Shown one piece after another: positions 7,033-16,526 of a stretch of 64,000 nt of DNA. The translations under genes were made by a program, and so were the position numbers. Position 1 is the first letter of the stretch. Every line of letters begins with the position of its first letter. The notes below the pieces were generated by a model that had not been told where the DNA came from, ran no database searches, and saw nothing but the letters and a program-made list of their open reading frames with translations. This DNA is from Actinomycetota bacterium (GTDB lineage: Bacteria; Actinomycetota; Actinomycetes; S36-B12), in assembly GCA_017856385.1 (NCBI GenBank), contig JAFMFD010000004.1:2828-66827 (forward strand), in the 5' to 3' direction.

Positions 7033-8292
7033 ATGCTGACCGTCGAACAGAACGAGGAGCTCACCCGCGTCGGACCGGGAACGCCCATGGGCGAGCTGCT
7101 GCGGCGCTACTGGTACCCCATCGCCTTCGAGCAGGACTTCGACACCGTCCCGACCAAGACGGTGCGTCTGCTGGGGGAGAACTGGACGCTGTTCAAGACG
7201 CCCAAGGGCGGTCGGTACGGCATCGCGGCGGAGGCGTGCCCGCACCGCAATGCCTCCCTTACCTACGGCGTCGTTCACGAGGACGGCATCCGCTGCGGGT
7301 ACCACGGGTGGAAGTGGGACTTCGACGGCAACTGCGTCGAGCAGCCTGCCGAGGCGGACAACGAGAACTTCCGCACGCGCGTGAAGCAGAAGGTCGGCAA
7401 GGCCGAGGTGATGGGCGGCATGGTCTGGGTCTACGTCGGGCCGAGTCCCGCCCCGGAGCTGCCGCGCTTCGACGTCTTCGTCATGGACGGCGTCAAGGAC
7501 GTCGGCCACGCGACCCTGCCCTGCAACTGGCTCCAGATCATGGAGAACTCCGTGGATCCGCACCACGTCGAGTGGCTGCACGGCTACTACTTCGAGTTCC
7601 TCGGGCAGACGGAGGGGTTCGACGCACCCAAGGCCTTCCAGAAGAAGCACCTGCGCACCGGCTTCGAGGAGATGGAGTGGGGGATCCTCAAGAGGCGTGT
7701 GCTCGAGGGCGGCTCGGAGGAGAACGACGACTGGAAGGTCGGTCACCCGCTGGTGTTCCCCTTCTACATGCGCGTGGGCGGAGCGGGGATCGACCAGATG
7801 CAGATCCGGGTGCCCATCGACGACACCACCACGTGGAAGCTCTTCTACTCCAACCATGCACCCGAGGCGGGTGTCTGGGAGCCGCAGGACCGTCCGGTCG
7901 TCTACGAGTACCGGTGGCGCGATGAGCAGGGCCGCTTCATCACCGACTACATCGAGGGCCAGGACATCATGGCCTGGGTCTCGCAGGGCCCGATCACCGA
8001 TCGCACGCAGGAGCATCTCGGTCGCTCCGACGCGGGCGTGGCGATGCTGCGGAAGATGTTCAAGGAGAACATGAGGAAGGTCGCAGCCGGCGAGGATCCC
8101 CTGGGCACGGTCCGTGAGAAGCACGACATCATCCCGCTGCCCTGCGAGCGCGACAAGTTCGGTGCCGAGCGGGAGTTCGCCGAGGCCTTCATCACGATGG
8201 GCTCCATGCGGTACAGCCCCAACAAGCAGGCCCTGCTGGACCTCCACGCCGACGCCTGGGCACGCCGCGAGGGCGCCAAGGCGAAGGCGTGA
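7033..8292 (+). CDS. Rieske [2Fe-2S] non-heme iron oxygenase, alpha subunit only (phthalate-dioxygenase-like family)
   Basis: ORF 6823..8292 trimmed to ATG 7033 (GAGAGGA upstream). The N-terminus MLTVEQNEELTRVGPGTPMGELLRRYWYPI is typical of the family. Rieske motif CPHRNASL...CGYHGW. Mononuclear iron motif NSVDPHHVEWLH. No beta subunit gene is present. Confidence 0.85.
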   Translation: MLTVEQNEELTRVGPGTPMGELLRRYWYPIAFEQDFDTVPTKTVRLLGENWTLFKTPKGGRYGIAAEACPHRNASLTYGVVHEDGIRCGYHGWKWDFDGNCVEQPAEADNENFRTRVKQKVGKAEVMGGMVWVYVGPSPAPELPRFDVFVMDGVKDVGHATLPCNWLQIMENSVDPHHVEWLHGYYFEFLGQTEGFDAPKAFQKKHLRTGFEEMEWGILKRRVLEGGSEENDDWKVGHPLVFPFYMRVGGAGIDQMQIRVPIDDTTTWKLFYSNHAPEAGVWEPQDRPVVYEYRWRDEQGRFITDYIEGQDIMAWVSQGPITDRTQEHLGRSDAGVAMLRKMFKENMRKVAAGEDPLGTVREKHDIIPLPCERDKFGAEREFAEAFITMGSMRYSPNKQALLDLHADAWARREGAKAKA

Positions 8293-8546
8293 GCGTGATG
8301 CTCCCGCCTGACCCGCACCGGCTCCCGCCGCCCAGCGCGTGGTTCGCCAGGGATGCCGAGCGTCACCTGCTCGACCGTCCGCGGTTCTGTCCCATGTGCG
8401 GTGAGGGCCTCGACACCGACGGCGGCATCACAACGGAGTACTGGGCTGGCGACGCCCGGCACTTCATGACCTGGTGCGGGGAGTGCAGCTGGTTCGGCGA
8501 GGTCGTGCGCTTCGACATGGTCACGATCACCGAGGCGGAGCACTGA
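8289..8546 (+). CDS. small four-Cys (zinc-ribbon or rubredoxin-like) protein, 85 aa
   Basis: GTG start with a GTGA overlap on the Rieske stop (8289-8292). CPMCG and CGEC motifs lie 25 residues apart. Third codon positions are mostly G/C, as in neighbouring genes. I recognise no family. Confidence 0.5.
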   Translation: MSVMLPPDPHRLPPPSAWFARDAERHLLDRPRFCPMCGEGLDTDGGITTEYWAGDARHFMTWCGECSWFGEVVRFDMVTITEAEH

Positions 8547-9211
8547 CCCTGGGAGCGGGCGAGGCGAGGGCCCTGGTCCTCGATTTCGGAGGGCCCGTGC
8601 TCCTCACCCCGTTCGAGCTCCGCCATGTGGGCGAGCGCAACCTGGGGCTGGCCACTGGCAAGTTCGCCTGGACCGGTCCCTTCGATCCCGAGGCCGACGC
8701 CGACTGGCAGGCCTTCCAGTCCGGGGGCATGAACGAGCGCGAGTACTGGGCGCGGCGTGCCGAGGAGTTCAGCGCGCTGACCGGACAGCCCGCCACGATG
8801 CCGGCACTCTTCGCACCGATGTACGCCGGGACGGAAGACGAGCTCGTGCGGCCCGCCGCGCGTCGGCTCATCGCCGACGCCCGAGCCGCCGGCATCCCTG
8901 TCGGGGTGCTGACCAATGACCTGACCAGCTTCCACGATCGGGAGTGGCTCGAGCGCATGACGATCCTGCGGGAGTTCGACGTGATCGTGGACGGCCGGAC
9001 CGAGGGTGTCTACAAGCCCGACCCGGCGGCCTACCGGCTCATCGTCGAGCGGATGGGCATCGATCCGACGACGACCGTCTTCGTCGACGACCAGCCGGTC
9101 AACCTGCGCGGATCCGAGGCGGTCGGGCTGGTGCCCGTGCACCTGGATCCCACGGACCCCGGGCCAGGGTTTAGGTTGGCCCGGTCGCTGTTGGGCCTTT
9201 CACAGGAGTAG
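8474..9211 (+). CDS. HAD-superfamily hydrolase
   Basis: Motifs LVLDFGGPVL (motif I), GVLTND, YKPDPAAY and VFVDDQ. The start is unresolved. GTG 8474 would overlap the small ORF by 73 nt. In-frame CTG 8543/8549 or GTG 8576 are alternatives. Confidence 0.7.
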   Translation: MRGVQLVRRGRALRHGHDHRGGALTLGAGEARALVLDFGGPVLLTPFELRHVGERNLGLATGKFAWTGPFDPEADADWQAFQSGGMNEREYWARRAEEFSALTGQPATMPALFAPMYAGTEDELVRPAARRLIADARAAGIPVGVLTNDLTSFHDREWLERMTILREFDVIVDGRTEGVYKPDPAAYRLIVERMGIDPTTTVFVDDQPVNLRGSEAVGLVPVHLDPTDPGPGFRLARSLLGLSQE

Positions 9212-9213
9212 CC

Positions 9214-10557
9214 ATGCGCGTTGCCGTCGTCGGTTCGGGTCCCTCGGGCGTGTACGCGGCCGATGCCCTCGTGTCGCAGGACGAGATCCCCGTCGAGGTC
9301 GACATCATCGACCGGCTGCCGGTCCCGTTCGGGCTGGTCCGCTACGGCGTCGCCCCGGACCACCTCAGCATCCGCTCGGTCCGCGACACCCTGAACAAGG
9401 TGCTCGCCAAGCCCGGGGTGCGCTTCCTCGGCAATGTCGTCGTGGGCCAGGACGTCTCGACGGCGGAACTGCTCGCCCACTACGACGCCGTGGTGCTCAC
9501 CTACGGCGCCTCGCGCGACCGGCGCCTGGGCATCCCCGGTGAGGACCTCGACGGGAGCGTCGCGGCCACGGACTTCGTCGCGTGGTACTGCGGCCATCCC
9601 GACGCTGACCGTGAGCTCTTCGAGCGGCTGCTCCCCACGGCCACGTCCGCAGTGGTCGTGGGTGTCGGCAATGTCGCCGTGGACGTCACCCGCGTGCTGG
9701 CCAAGACGGTCGGCGAGCTCGACCACACAGACATGCCCCAGCACGTGCTGGACACCCTGGCGGCCTCGTCGATCACGGACGTGCACCTGCTCGGCAGGCG
9801 GGGTCCGGCCCAGGCGACCTTCACGACCAAGGAGCTCAAGGAGCTCGGCGAGCTGATCGACGCCGACGTGATCGTCCACCCCGACGAGATCGAACTGGAC
9901 GAGCCCAGCGCCGCACTCGCTGCCGAGGATCGCGCGGTGGGCAGGAACGTCGACGTGATCCGCGGATGGGCGGACCGACCGAATACGGGACGGGGCCGGC
10001 GCATCCATGTGCGGTTCCTGAGCCGACCGGTCGAACTGCTCGGCGATGACCGGGTTCGCAGCGTCGTCGTCGAGCGCACGCGACTGACACCGGATGGCGG
10101 CGTGGAGGGCACGGGCCAGATGGAGGAGATCGCGGCGGACCTGGTCGTCCGGTCGGTGGGATACCGCGGCACGCCGCTGGAGGGCCTGCCGTTCGACGAG
10201 CGCCGCAACGTGATCCCCCACGTCGACGGTCGGGTCGTCGACGGGGACTCCCCGGTGCGCGGCATGTACGTGGCTGGCTGGATCAAGCGCGGCCCGACCG
10301 GGATCATCGGAACCAACAAGAAGGACGCGGTCGGCACGGTCGAGTCGCTCCTGGCCGACGCGCGGGCCGGGGTGCTGCCGGCCCCCGCATCGCCCGAGCC
10401 CATCGAGGATCTGCTGGCATCACGCGGCGTGGACGTCGTCACGACCTCGGGGTGGGACGCCATCGATGCTGCCGAGCAGGCACTGGGCCAGCAGTCCGGA
10501 CGCGAGCGGACGACGATCCACGAGCGTGACCGCATGCTGGAGATCGCGCAAGGCTGA
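9214..10557 (+). CDS. fprA: FprA-type (adrenodoxin-reductase-like) NADPH:ferredoxin oxidoreductase
   Basis: MRVAVVGSGPSGVYAAD (FAD fold) and a second dinucleotide motif, VVVGVGNVAVDV. Length is 447 aa. The start lies 2 nt after the HAD stop. Confidence 0.8.
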   Translation: MRVAVVGSGPSGVYAADALVSQDEIPVEVDIIDRLPVPFGLVRYGVAPDHLSIRSVRDTLNKVLAKPGVRFLGNVVVGQDVSTAELLAHYDAVVLTYGASRDRRLGIPGEDLDGSVAATDFVAWYCGHPDADRELFERLLPTATSAVVVGVGNVAVDVTRVLAKTVGELDHTDMPQHVLDTLAASSITDVHLLGRRGPAQATFTTKELKELGELIDADVIVHPDEIELDEPSAALAAEDRAVGRNVDVIRGWADRPNTGRGRRIHVRFLSRPVELLGDDRVRSVVVERTRLTPDGGVEGTGQMEEIAADLVVRSVGYRGTPLEGLPFDERRNVIPHVDGRVVDGDSPVRGMYVAGWIKRGPTGIIGTNKKDAVGTVESLLADARAGVLPAPASPEPIEDLLASRGVDVVTTSGWDAIDAAEQALGQQSGRERTTIHERDRMLEIAQG

Positions 10558-10565
10558 CCCGGCGG

Positions 10566-11519
10566 CTAGTGCCAGTGCGCGGCGGCGGCGGGTGTTCCGG
10601 TCTCCCAGCGATGCACCGGCGTCGGCTCCGCTCCGCAGGACTCGGGCCGCCTCTGCTGACCGGTCACCGGTCGCACGGGCACCCGCCACGCGCGGCCGTC
10701 CGCATGCCGGACCTCCAGCTCTGACTCCACGGTCGGCACCGCCCACCCTGCGTCGACGGGCACGGCGCGGCCGTTGACGACGGCGAGCACGTCGAGGACG
10801 TCGGCACGGTCCTCGACCAGCGCCTGACGGACGGCGATCTCGGCGGCCTGCATCGGTGCGGGCAGTGCGGTCCGGCCACGCAACCGGTCGACGATCACGC
10901 GATCGGAGTCGAGCAGCGCGGCCGCCTCATCGACCGTCACGCGACCATGCACCATGCCGCTCGGCAGGCTCAGGGTCACCGGGGCGAAGCGGTGGCCGCC
11001 GAGGTGGCTGCACTCCCAGATCCGGGCGGACTGCTCGGGTGTGGCGAGGGCGGCCAGCGTGTCCAGCAGGCCCCGTCCGAGCCGGGCGCAGCAGGCGTCC
11101 CGTCGACCATGCGTGCAGACGAGCAGGACCGGCTCCCGGGTGCCCTGCTCGAGCGCGGGCAGCCGACCGGCGGCAAGGTCCGCCGGGTCGACACGTGCCA
11201 GGTCGCCGAGGTCGGCCAGGTCCGGCACCACCGCGCGTCGTGTGTAGGCCCCGCCCGGGGCGGTGCGCGCCACCAGCACGACGGTGCCGTGGGCGGCCTC
11301 GCGGCGCCCCGGCCGGCGCATGAGCACGACCTGCACGCCTGCGGCCTTGAACGCGAGCAGCAGTGCGCGGGTCGCATCGGGCAGGACGCTTTCCGCGATT
11401 GCATCGCGTCCCCATGGCCCGGGATGCTCCACCGCAACCCAGGTGAGGGCGTGCGGCGCGGTCCCGGCCAGCGGTTCGCCGATCTCCGCGGAGAGCAGTG
11501 AGCAGGGCTCGGTCACCAT
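10566..11519 (-). CDS. sucrase/ferredoxin-like (thioredoxin-like [2Fe-2S]) family protein
   Basis: ORF 10566..11648 trimmed to ATG 11519 (MVTEPCSLL). Motifs [17 protein letters not shown] and [13 protein letters not shown]. Its start overlaps the parC stop by 7 nt. Confidence 0.65.
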   Translation of the reverse strand: MVTEPCSLLSAEIGEPLAGTAPHALTWVAVEHPGPWGRDAIAESVLPDATRALLLAFKAAGVQVVLMRRPGRREAAHGTVVLVARTAPGGAYTRRAVVPDLADLGDLARVDPADLAAGRLPALEQGTREPVLLVCTHGRRDACCARLGRGLLDTLAALATPEQSARIWECSHLGGHRFAPVTLSLPSGMVHGRVTVDEAAALLDSDRVIVDRLRGRTALPAPMQAAEIAVRQALVEDRADVLDVLAVVNGRAVPVDAGWAVPTVESELEVRHADGRAWRVPVRPVTGQQRRPESCGAEPTPVHRWETGTPAAAAHWH

Positions 11520-13957
11520 GTCCCCGCCACGGCATCGATAGGTGCGGTGCCGCCCGTTCCGGCACTGTCCCGACGCGGGTCGGGGTCGGGCAGCGCGACG
11601 GGGACGCCGGAGGCCGTCGCCGCACGTGCGGGCCCCGATCCGGCCCATGCAGTGATGATGCGGTCCTCACCGGACCGGAACCGGTGGCACCGGACCCCCG
11701 CGGTGCCCCGGCCCTTGCGGGGATACTCCAGCAGGGGCGTGACCTTGACGCTGCCCGCCTCGGTCCCGGGCAGGGCGGCGGAGGAGCCGGAGATGGTCAC
11801 GACCTGCGCGCGGTCGTCGGCCGGCACGGCAGCGAATGCCACGGCCACTGCGCCGGGGGACAGTCGGATCCCGGCCATGCCGGCGGCCGAGCGGCCCTGG
11901 GGGCGCACCGAGGCCGCGGGCATGCGCAGGAGCTGCGCATCGGACGTGATGAAGACCAGGTCGGCGGTCTCGGCAAGACCCTCGGGCAGGCGCGCGACTC
12001 CCACGACCTCGTCGCCGTCGTCCAGCCGGATGACCTCCCAGGCCGACTTGCTCTGCAGCGTCTCGGGCACGACCCGCTTGACGGTCCCCTGCGCTGTGCC
12101 GAGGGCGAGGGCACCCGCCTCGTCGAGCGTCGTGAGGCACAGCGGGCGCTCGCCCGAGGGCAGGTCGACGAACGCCCCCAGCGGCGCGCCGCCCGACAGG
12201 CTGGGTGTGCCGGCGACCGCAGGCAGGCCGGGCAGGTCGAGAACGGCGAGCCGGTGGATGCGTCCGGCGGACGTCACCAGGCCGATCTCGCCCTTGGTGG
12301 TGGCTGGCACCACGCTGACGACGACATCGTGCGAGGACCGCGAGTCCATCGTGGGCAGGGCGCTGCCGCTCGGCTCCGGCATCCGGGCGAGCAGGCCCGT
12401 GCTCGACATCAATACCAGGCAGGGCCCGTCGTCGACCTCGAGCGGCACTGCGGCGCTCACCGGGGCCGATCCCTCCATCAGCAGGGTGCGCCGCGGCGTG
12501 GCATGCGCCTGGGCGGCCTCACCGATCTCCCGCGACACCTGGGCGCGCAGTTCGGCCGGGTCGCCCAGGATGCGGGTCAGCTCGTCGATGGTCCTGCGCA
12601 GCTCGTCCTGCTCCGCTTCCAGCTCGATCCGTGAGAACTTCGTCAACCGCCGCAGCGGCATGTCGAGGATGTAGTTGGCCTGCTCCAGTGAGAGGTCGAA
12701 CACCGTCATGAGGCGCTCGCGAGCCTTGGCCGCATCGTCGGACTCCCGGATGAGCTGGATGACCTCGTCGATGTCGATGATCGCGACCAAGAGTCCCTCG
12801 ACGAGGTGCAGCCGCTCGCGGGCGCGGGTGCGTCGGTAGTCGCTGCGCCGGCGCACCACGTCGAGCCGGTGGTCCAGCCAGACCTGCAGAAGGGCGCGCA
12901 GCCCGAGCGTCTGGGGCTGACCGTCGACCAGGGCGACGGCGTTGATCGTGAAGGTGTCCTCCATCGGCGTGAGCCGGTACAGCTGCTCGAGGATCGCCTC
13001 GGCGTGGAAGCCGTTCTTGACCTCGATGACCAGGCGGAGGCCCGAGTCGCCATCCGTCAGGTCGATGACATCGGAGATGCCCTGGAGTCGTTTGGACTGG
13101 ACGGCGTCCTTGATCCGGTCGATCACCTTCTCCGGACCTATGCCGTACGGCAACTCTGTGACGACGATGCCGCGGCGACGCGCACTGGTCTGCTCGATGC
13201 GGGTCCGGGCGCGCACGCGGAACGTGCCGCGTCCGGACGCATAGGCGTCGCGGACACCGTCCAGTCCCACGATGACCCCGCCGCCGGGCAGGTCGGGGCC
13301 GGGGAGGAGGGTCATGAGGTCGGCGAGGGTGGCCTCCGGGTGCTCGAGCAGGTGCCGCGCCGCATTGAGGACCTCGCCTAGGTTGTGCGGTGCGAGTGAC
13401 GTGGCCATGCCCACCGCGATGCCAGCACCGCCGTTGACCAGCAGCTGGGGAATCGCCGCGGGCAGGACCTCGGGCTCGCGCTCCCGACCGTCGTAGTTGG
13501 GCACGAAGTCGACGACGTCCTCGTCGAGGCCTGCGGTCATGTCGAGTGCCGGCGGAGCGAGCCGCGCCTCGGTATAGCGCATCGCGGCAGGGCCGTCGTC
13601 AAGCGACCCGAAGTTGCCGTGGCCGTCAATCATCGGCAGGCGAAGGCTGAACGGCTGCGCCATCCGCACCAGTGCGTCGTAGATGGCGGAGTCGCCATGG
13701 GGGTGGAGCCGGCCCATGACCTCGCCGACCACGCGTGCGCTCTTGACGTGGCCGCGGTCCGGACGCAGGCCCATCTGAGCCATCTGGAACAGGATGCGAC
13801 GCTGGACAGGCTTCAGGCCGTCGCGGGCGTCGGGCAGGGCCCGTGAGTAGATGACCGAGTAGGCGTACTCCAGGAAGGATCCGCGCATCTCCGCGGCGAC
13901 GTCGATGTCGACGATCCGCCCGGGGCCCTCGGGCGGGGCGGGAGTGCGGCGAGGCAT
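11513..13957 (-). CDS. parC: DNA topoisomerase IV subunit A
   Basis: The 1327-aa ORF is trimmed to ATG 13957 ([20 protein letters not shown]...). Motifs [49 protein letters not shown] and AMRYTEARL (active-site Tyr region). The trimmed protein is 814 aa. Confidence 0.85.
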   Translation of the reverse strand: MPRRTPAPPEGPGRIVDIDVAAEMRGSFLEYAYSVIYSRALPDARDGLKPVQRRILFQMAQMGLRPDRGHVKSARVVGEVMGRLHPHGDSAIYDALVRMAQPFSLRLPMIDGHGNFGSLDDGPAAMRYTEARLAPPALDMTAGLDEDVVDFVPNYDGREREPEVLPAAIPQLLVNGGAGIAVGMATSLAPHNLGEVLNAARHLLEHPEATLADLMTLLPGPDLPGGGVIVGLDGVRDAYASGRGTFRVRARTRIEQTSARRRGIVVTELPYGIGPEKVIDRIKDAVQSKRLQGISDVIDLTDGDSGLRLVIEVKNGFHAEAILEQLYRLTPMEDTFTINAVALVDGQPQTLGLRALLQVWLDHRLDVVRRRSDYRRTRARERLHLVEGLLVAIIDIDEVIQLIRESDDAAKARERLMTVFDLSLEQANYILDMPLRRLTKFSRIELEAEQDELRRTIDELTRILGDPAELRAQVSREIGEAAQAHATPRRTLLMEGSAPVSAAVPLEVDDGPCLVLMSSTGLLARMPEPSGSALPTMDSRSSHDVVVSVVPATTKGEIGLVTSAGRIHRLAVLDLPGLPAVAGTPSLSGGAPLGAFVDLPSGERPLCLTTLDEAGALALGTAQGTVKRVVPETLQSKSAWEVIRLDDGDEVVGVARLPEGLAETADLVFITSDAQLLRMPAASVRPQGRSAAGMAGIRLSPGAVAVAFAAVPADDRAQVVTISGSSAALPGTEAGSVKVTPLLEYPRKGRGTAGVRCHRFRSGEDRIITAWAGSGPARAATASGVPVALPDPDPRRDSAGTGGTAPIDAVAGTW

Positions 13958-14086
13958 GCGGGCCCTTCTCGGTGTCTTGCTCGTGCGAACCAGGTGTGGA
14001 GTCGATTCTCGTGCCTGGCGCGGGTCAGGCCGGGATCGACACGTCGACACCCGTCGCCTGCCCGGCCGTCGGGGGGCAGTGGAAGA

Positions 14087-14680
14087 ATGCCACGCATGAG
14101 TGATCCGGCCCTCGCGACCCGCCTGCGCAGTGACATCCAGAGGTCGGGCTACTACCCGGACCTCGTCGCCGATGCGCTGGACACCGCCCTCGCCGGGGAG
14201 CCCCTGGTGTCGTACGTCGTTCACCACGAGGCCACCTTCGATCGCGACGAGCTGCGCCGTCACATCACGGTGCTGGCCCTGACGCCGACGCGGCTCATCG
14301 TCGAGCACACCGACGAGCACCCGGCGGACGAGGCCCACGCAGTCGCCTCCGCCACCGCCTCGACCGAGGCCGTCCGCATCGAGCGCGTGGACTCCGTCGT
14401 GGTATCGCGCGTCGTGAGCGACCCCGCGCGCCATGCCCCGGGCGGCTCGGCCGCGGAGGTGGTCCTCACCATCGGCTGGGGGGCGGTCAGCCGCCTGGAC
14501 CTCGAGCCGGCGAGCTGCGGCGACCCCTCCTGCGATGCCGACCACGGGTACACCGGGACCTCGAGCAACGACGACCTGTCGGTCCGGGTGTCCGAGGCGG
14601 CCGACGGTGCTGACGTCGTCGCCCAGGTGCTCGCCTTCGCCGCCGCCCTGTCGCTGGCGACGGCAGAGCGAGTGCGCTGA
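14087..14680 (+). CDS. conserved actinobacterial protein (recalled as DUF5998 family)
   Basis: ORF 13994..14680 trimmed to [27 protein letters not shown] (ATG 14087 or 14096). The family assignment is from memory only. Confidence 0.55.
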   Translation: MPRMSDPALATRLRSDIQRSGYYPDLVADALDTALAGEPLVSYVVHHEATFDRDELRRHITVLALTPTRLIVEHTDEHPADEAHAVASATASTEAVRIERVDSVVVSRVVSDPARHAPGGSAAEVVLTIGWGAVSRLDLEPASCGDPSCDADHGYTGTSSNDDLSVRVSEAADGADVVAQVLAFAAALSLATAERVR

Positions 14681-14683
14681 CCT

Positions 14684-15778
14684 GTGGCGGACCGCCTCGT
14701 CACCCTCGCGGACGTCGGCACCTCCGCCGCAGCAGCATTGGGCCTGCCCGGCTGCAGTGATCGGATCGGGCTCGGCTCGGCACGCGCGGTCGTCGTGTGC
14801 CTGATCGACGGTCTCGGCTGGCAGTCCCTGCAGGACCACACAACCAGCGCGCCCTTCCTCGCGAGCATGGCGGGTCGGTCCATCGCGGCGGCCTTCCCGA
14901 CCACGACGCCGGTGGGCCTGGCCAGCCTGGGCACCGGCCTGCTCGCCGGTGCCCACGGGCTGGTGGGGGCTGCGTTCGAACTGCCGGAGACCGGCGAGGT
15001 GCTCGCTCCCCTGCAGTGGGGCCATCGACCGAACGCCCTGGCGGTGCAGCCGGACCCGACCCTTTTCGAGCGCATGGCCTCCCACGGCATCCGGGTGAGC
15101 ACACTGAGTCCGTCCGCCTACGAGCAGTCCGGCCTGACGCGCGCGGTGCTGCGCGGCGGCGCGTATGAAGCGGTGGAGGACATCGGATCCCGGGTCGAGC
15201 GGGTGCGTGCACTCACCGCTGACCCGGCACGCTCGTTCACATACGTCTACTGGGGTGAGCTGGACCGCGTGGGCCACGAGCATGGCGTCGACAGCGCGGC
15301 CTGGCGCGACGCGCTGAGCAGGGTCGATCGGCTGGTGGAGCGCCTCAGCGAGGCCCTCGCCCCAGGAACCTGCATGGTCGTGACGGCCGACCACGGGATG
15401 GTCGACAGCCCGCCGCATGCGAGGTTCGACCTGGACGCGGAGCCCCTGCTTCGGGCCGGAGTCCGCCGCTGGGCAGGGGAGCCCCGCATGCGCCACGTGT
15501 ACACCGACGAGCCCGAGTGGGTGGCGGCCGCGTGGCGTGACGTGCTCGGCGCACGGGCCGACGTCCTGACTCGCGACGAGATGGTGGACCGGGGACTGAT
15601 GGGGCCTTTGTCACCGGACCACGTGGACCGCGTGGGAAACGTCCTCGCCATCGCCCGGGACCACTGGATCCTCGCCAGCCGGGTGGATGCGCTCGTCTCC
15701 GGGCTGCGCGGCCAGCATGGCGGCCTGACGCCGCAGGAGGTGCTCATCCCCGCGCTCGTCGAGCGCACTGCCGACTGA
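14684..15778 (+). CDS. alkaline phosphatase / nucleotide pyrophosphatase-phosphodiesterase family protein
   Basis: Motifs [35 protein letters not shown] and VVTADHGM are the metal-ligand pattern of the alkaline-phosphatase superfamily. GTG start lies 3 nt after the upstream stop. Confidence 0.7.
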   Translation: MADRLVTLADVGTSAAAALGLPGCSDRIGLGSARAVVVCLIDGLGWQSLQDHTTSAPFLASMAGRSIAAAFPTTTPVGLASLGTGLLAGAHGLVGAAFELPETGEVLAPLQWGHRPNALAVQPDPTLFERMASHGIRVSTLSPSAYEQSGLTRAVLRGGAYEAVEDIGSRVERVRALTADPARSFTYVYWGELDRVGHEHGVDSAAWRDALSRVDRLVERLSEALAPGTCMVVTADHGMVDSPPHARFDLDAEPLLRAGVRRWAGEPRMRHVYTDEPEWVAAAWRDVLGARADVLTRDEMVDRGLMGPLSPDHVDRVGNVLAIARDHWILASRVDALVSGLRGQHGGLTPQEVLIPALVERTAD

Positions 15779-15785
15779 GGCGGCG

Positions 15786-16526
15786 TCAGTCCTCGCTGCG
15801 GCCGGCGCCGAAGAGGATCTCGTCCCAGCTCGGGACGCTTGCGCGTCCCTTGCGACCCCGGGCCTTGCGCGGCTCGCGCGGCGGGGGAGGGGTCTCGGGT
15901 GCAGCCGGTTCGGCCTCCTGCGGGCGTGGGTCGCCGTCGGGGCGGGGGATGGTGAGGGTCTGCTGCTCTGCTCGGGCCGTGGCCGGATGCGACATGCCCT
16001 GGGCCTGTGGCTCCTCGTGATCGTCGGGATCGGCCTCATCGCTGGGCACGGCGACGAGGTGGGGACGGGCTGCGGTCTCGCTGCGCACGAGCGCCACGTC
16101 CGAGGCGAGGTCCAGGGCAGCGGCGATGTCGACCTCGGCGTCGGCCGTCACGGCGTCCACGGGTGCCGCCCCCATCAGCGCCCGCGCACGATCGTTCAGT
16201 GCGTGCAGGTTGCGCCCGGCGGGGTCGTAGGTCCACTCCGCGAGGCTGCGGCCGCCGGCATCCGCGGAGACGATCCAGCGGCCGTCCGCACGGCGGTGGG
16301 AGTCCCAGGTGAGCTGCCGGGCATCGGTGCCGAGCGCCTGCTCGACGGCCTCCGCCAGCGTCGCGCCGCCGCCGGAGCGTCGTACCTCGACTGCGCGTGC
16401 CTGCTCCGCGATGTAGCCGCGCTCGGCGAGCATCGGCTCGGCATAGCGCAGCACCTTGGCCATGTCCCACCCGGTGCTGGCCGCCACGTCCTCGGCCGAC
16501 TCGCCGGCGCGCACGCGAGCCTGCAC
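15786..16526 (-). CDS. SepH-like (DUF3071) septation-associated protein, N-terminally short
   Basis: PREVQARVRAGESAEDVAASTGWDMAKVLRYAEPMLAERGYIAEQA, followed by TWDSHRRADGRWIV and EWTYDP, with a basic C-terminal tail ...ASVPSWDEILFG. The start is GTG 16526, or GTG 16595 at most, because an in-frame stop sits at 16596-16598. Confidence 0.65.
   Translation of the reverse strand: MQARVRAGESAEDVAASTGWDMAKVLRYAEPMLAERGYIAEQARAVEVRRSGGGATLAEAVEQALGTDARQLTWDSHRRADGRWIVSADAGGRSLAEWTYDPAGRNLHALNDRARALMGAAPVDAVTADAEVDIAAALDLASDVALVRSETAARPHLVAVPSDEADPDDHEEPQAQGMSHPATARAEQQTLTIPRPDGDPRPQEAEPAAPETPPPPREPRKARGRKGRASVPSWDEILFGAGRSED

Noticed and set aside
4995-7088. 697-aa minus-strand ORF antisense to the swivel-His kinase subunit
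   Set aside because: Same reasoning. It is a shadow ORF opposite a gene with an unambiguous PEP-utilising mobile domain.
8474-8546. 73-nt overlap between the four-Cys ORF and the HAD ORF as a possible programmed frameshift or fusion
   Set aside because: The HAD start is simply unresolved (GTG 8474, CTG 8543/8549 or GTG 8576). I saw no slippery sequence, so the overlap is most likely an artefact of taking the longest ORF.
13958-15496. N-terminal 513 codons of the 1327-aa ORF containing parC
   Set aside because: The recognisable ParC sequence starts at ATG 13957. The upstream part is low-complexity and antisense to two well-supported + strand genes (14087-15778).
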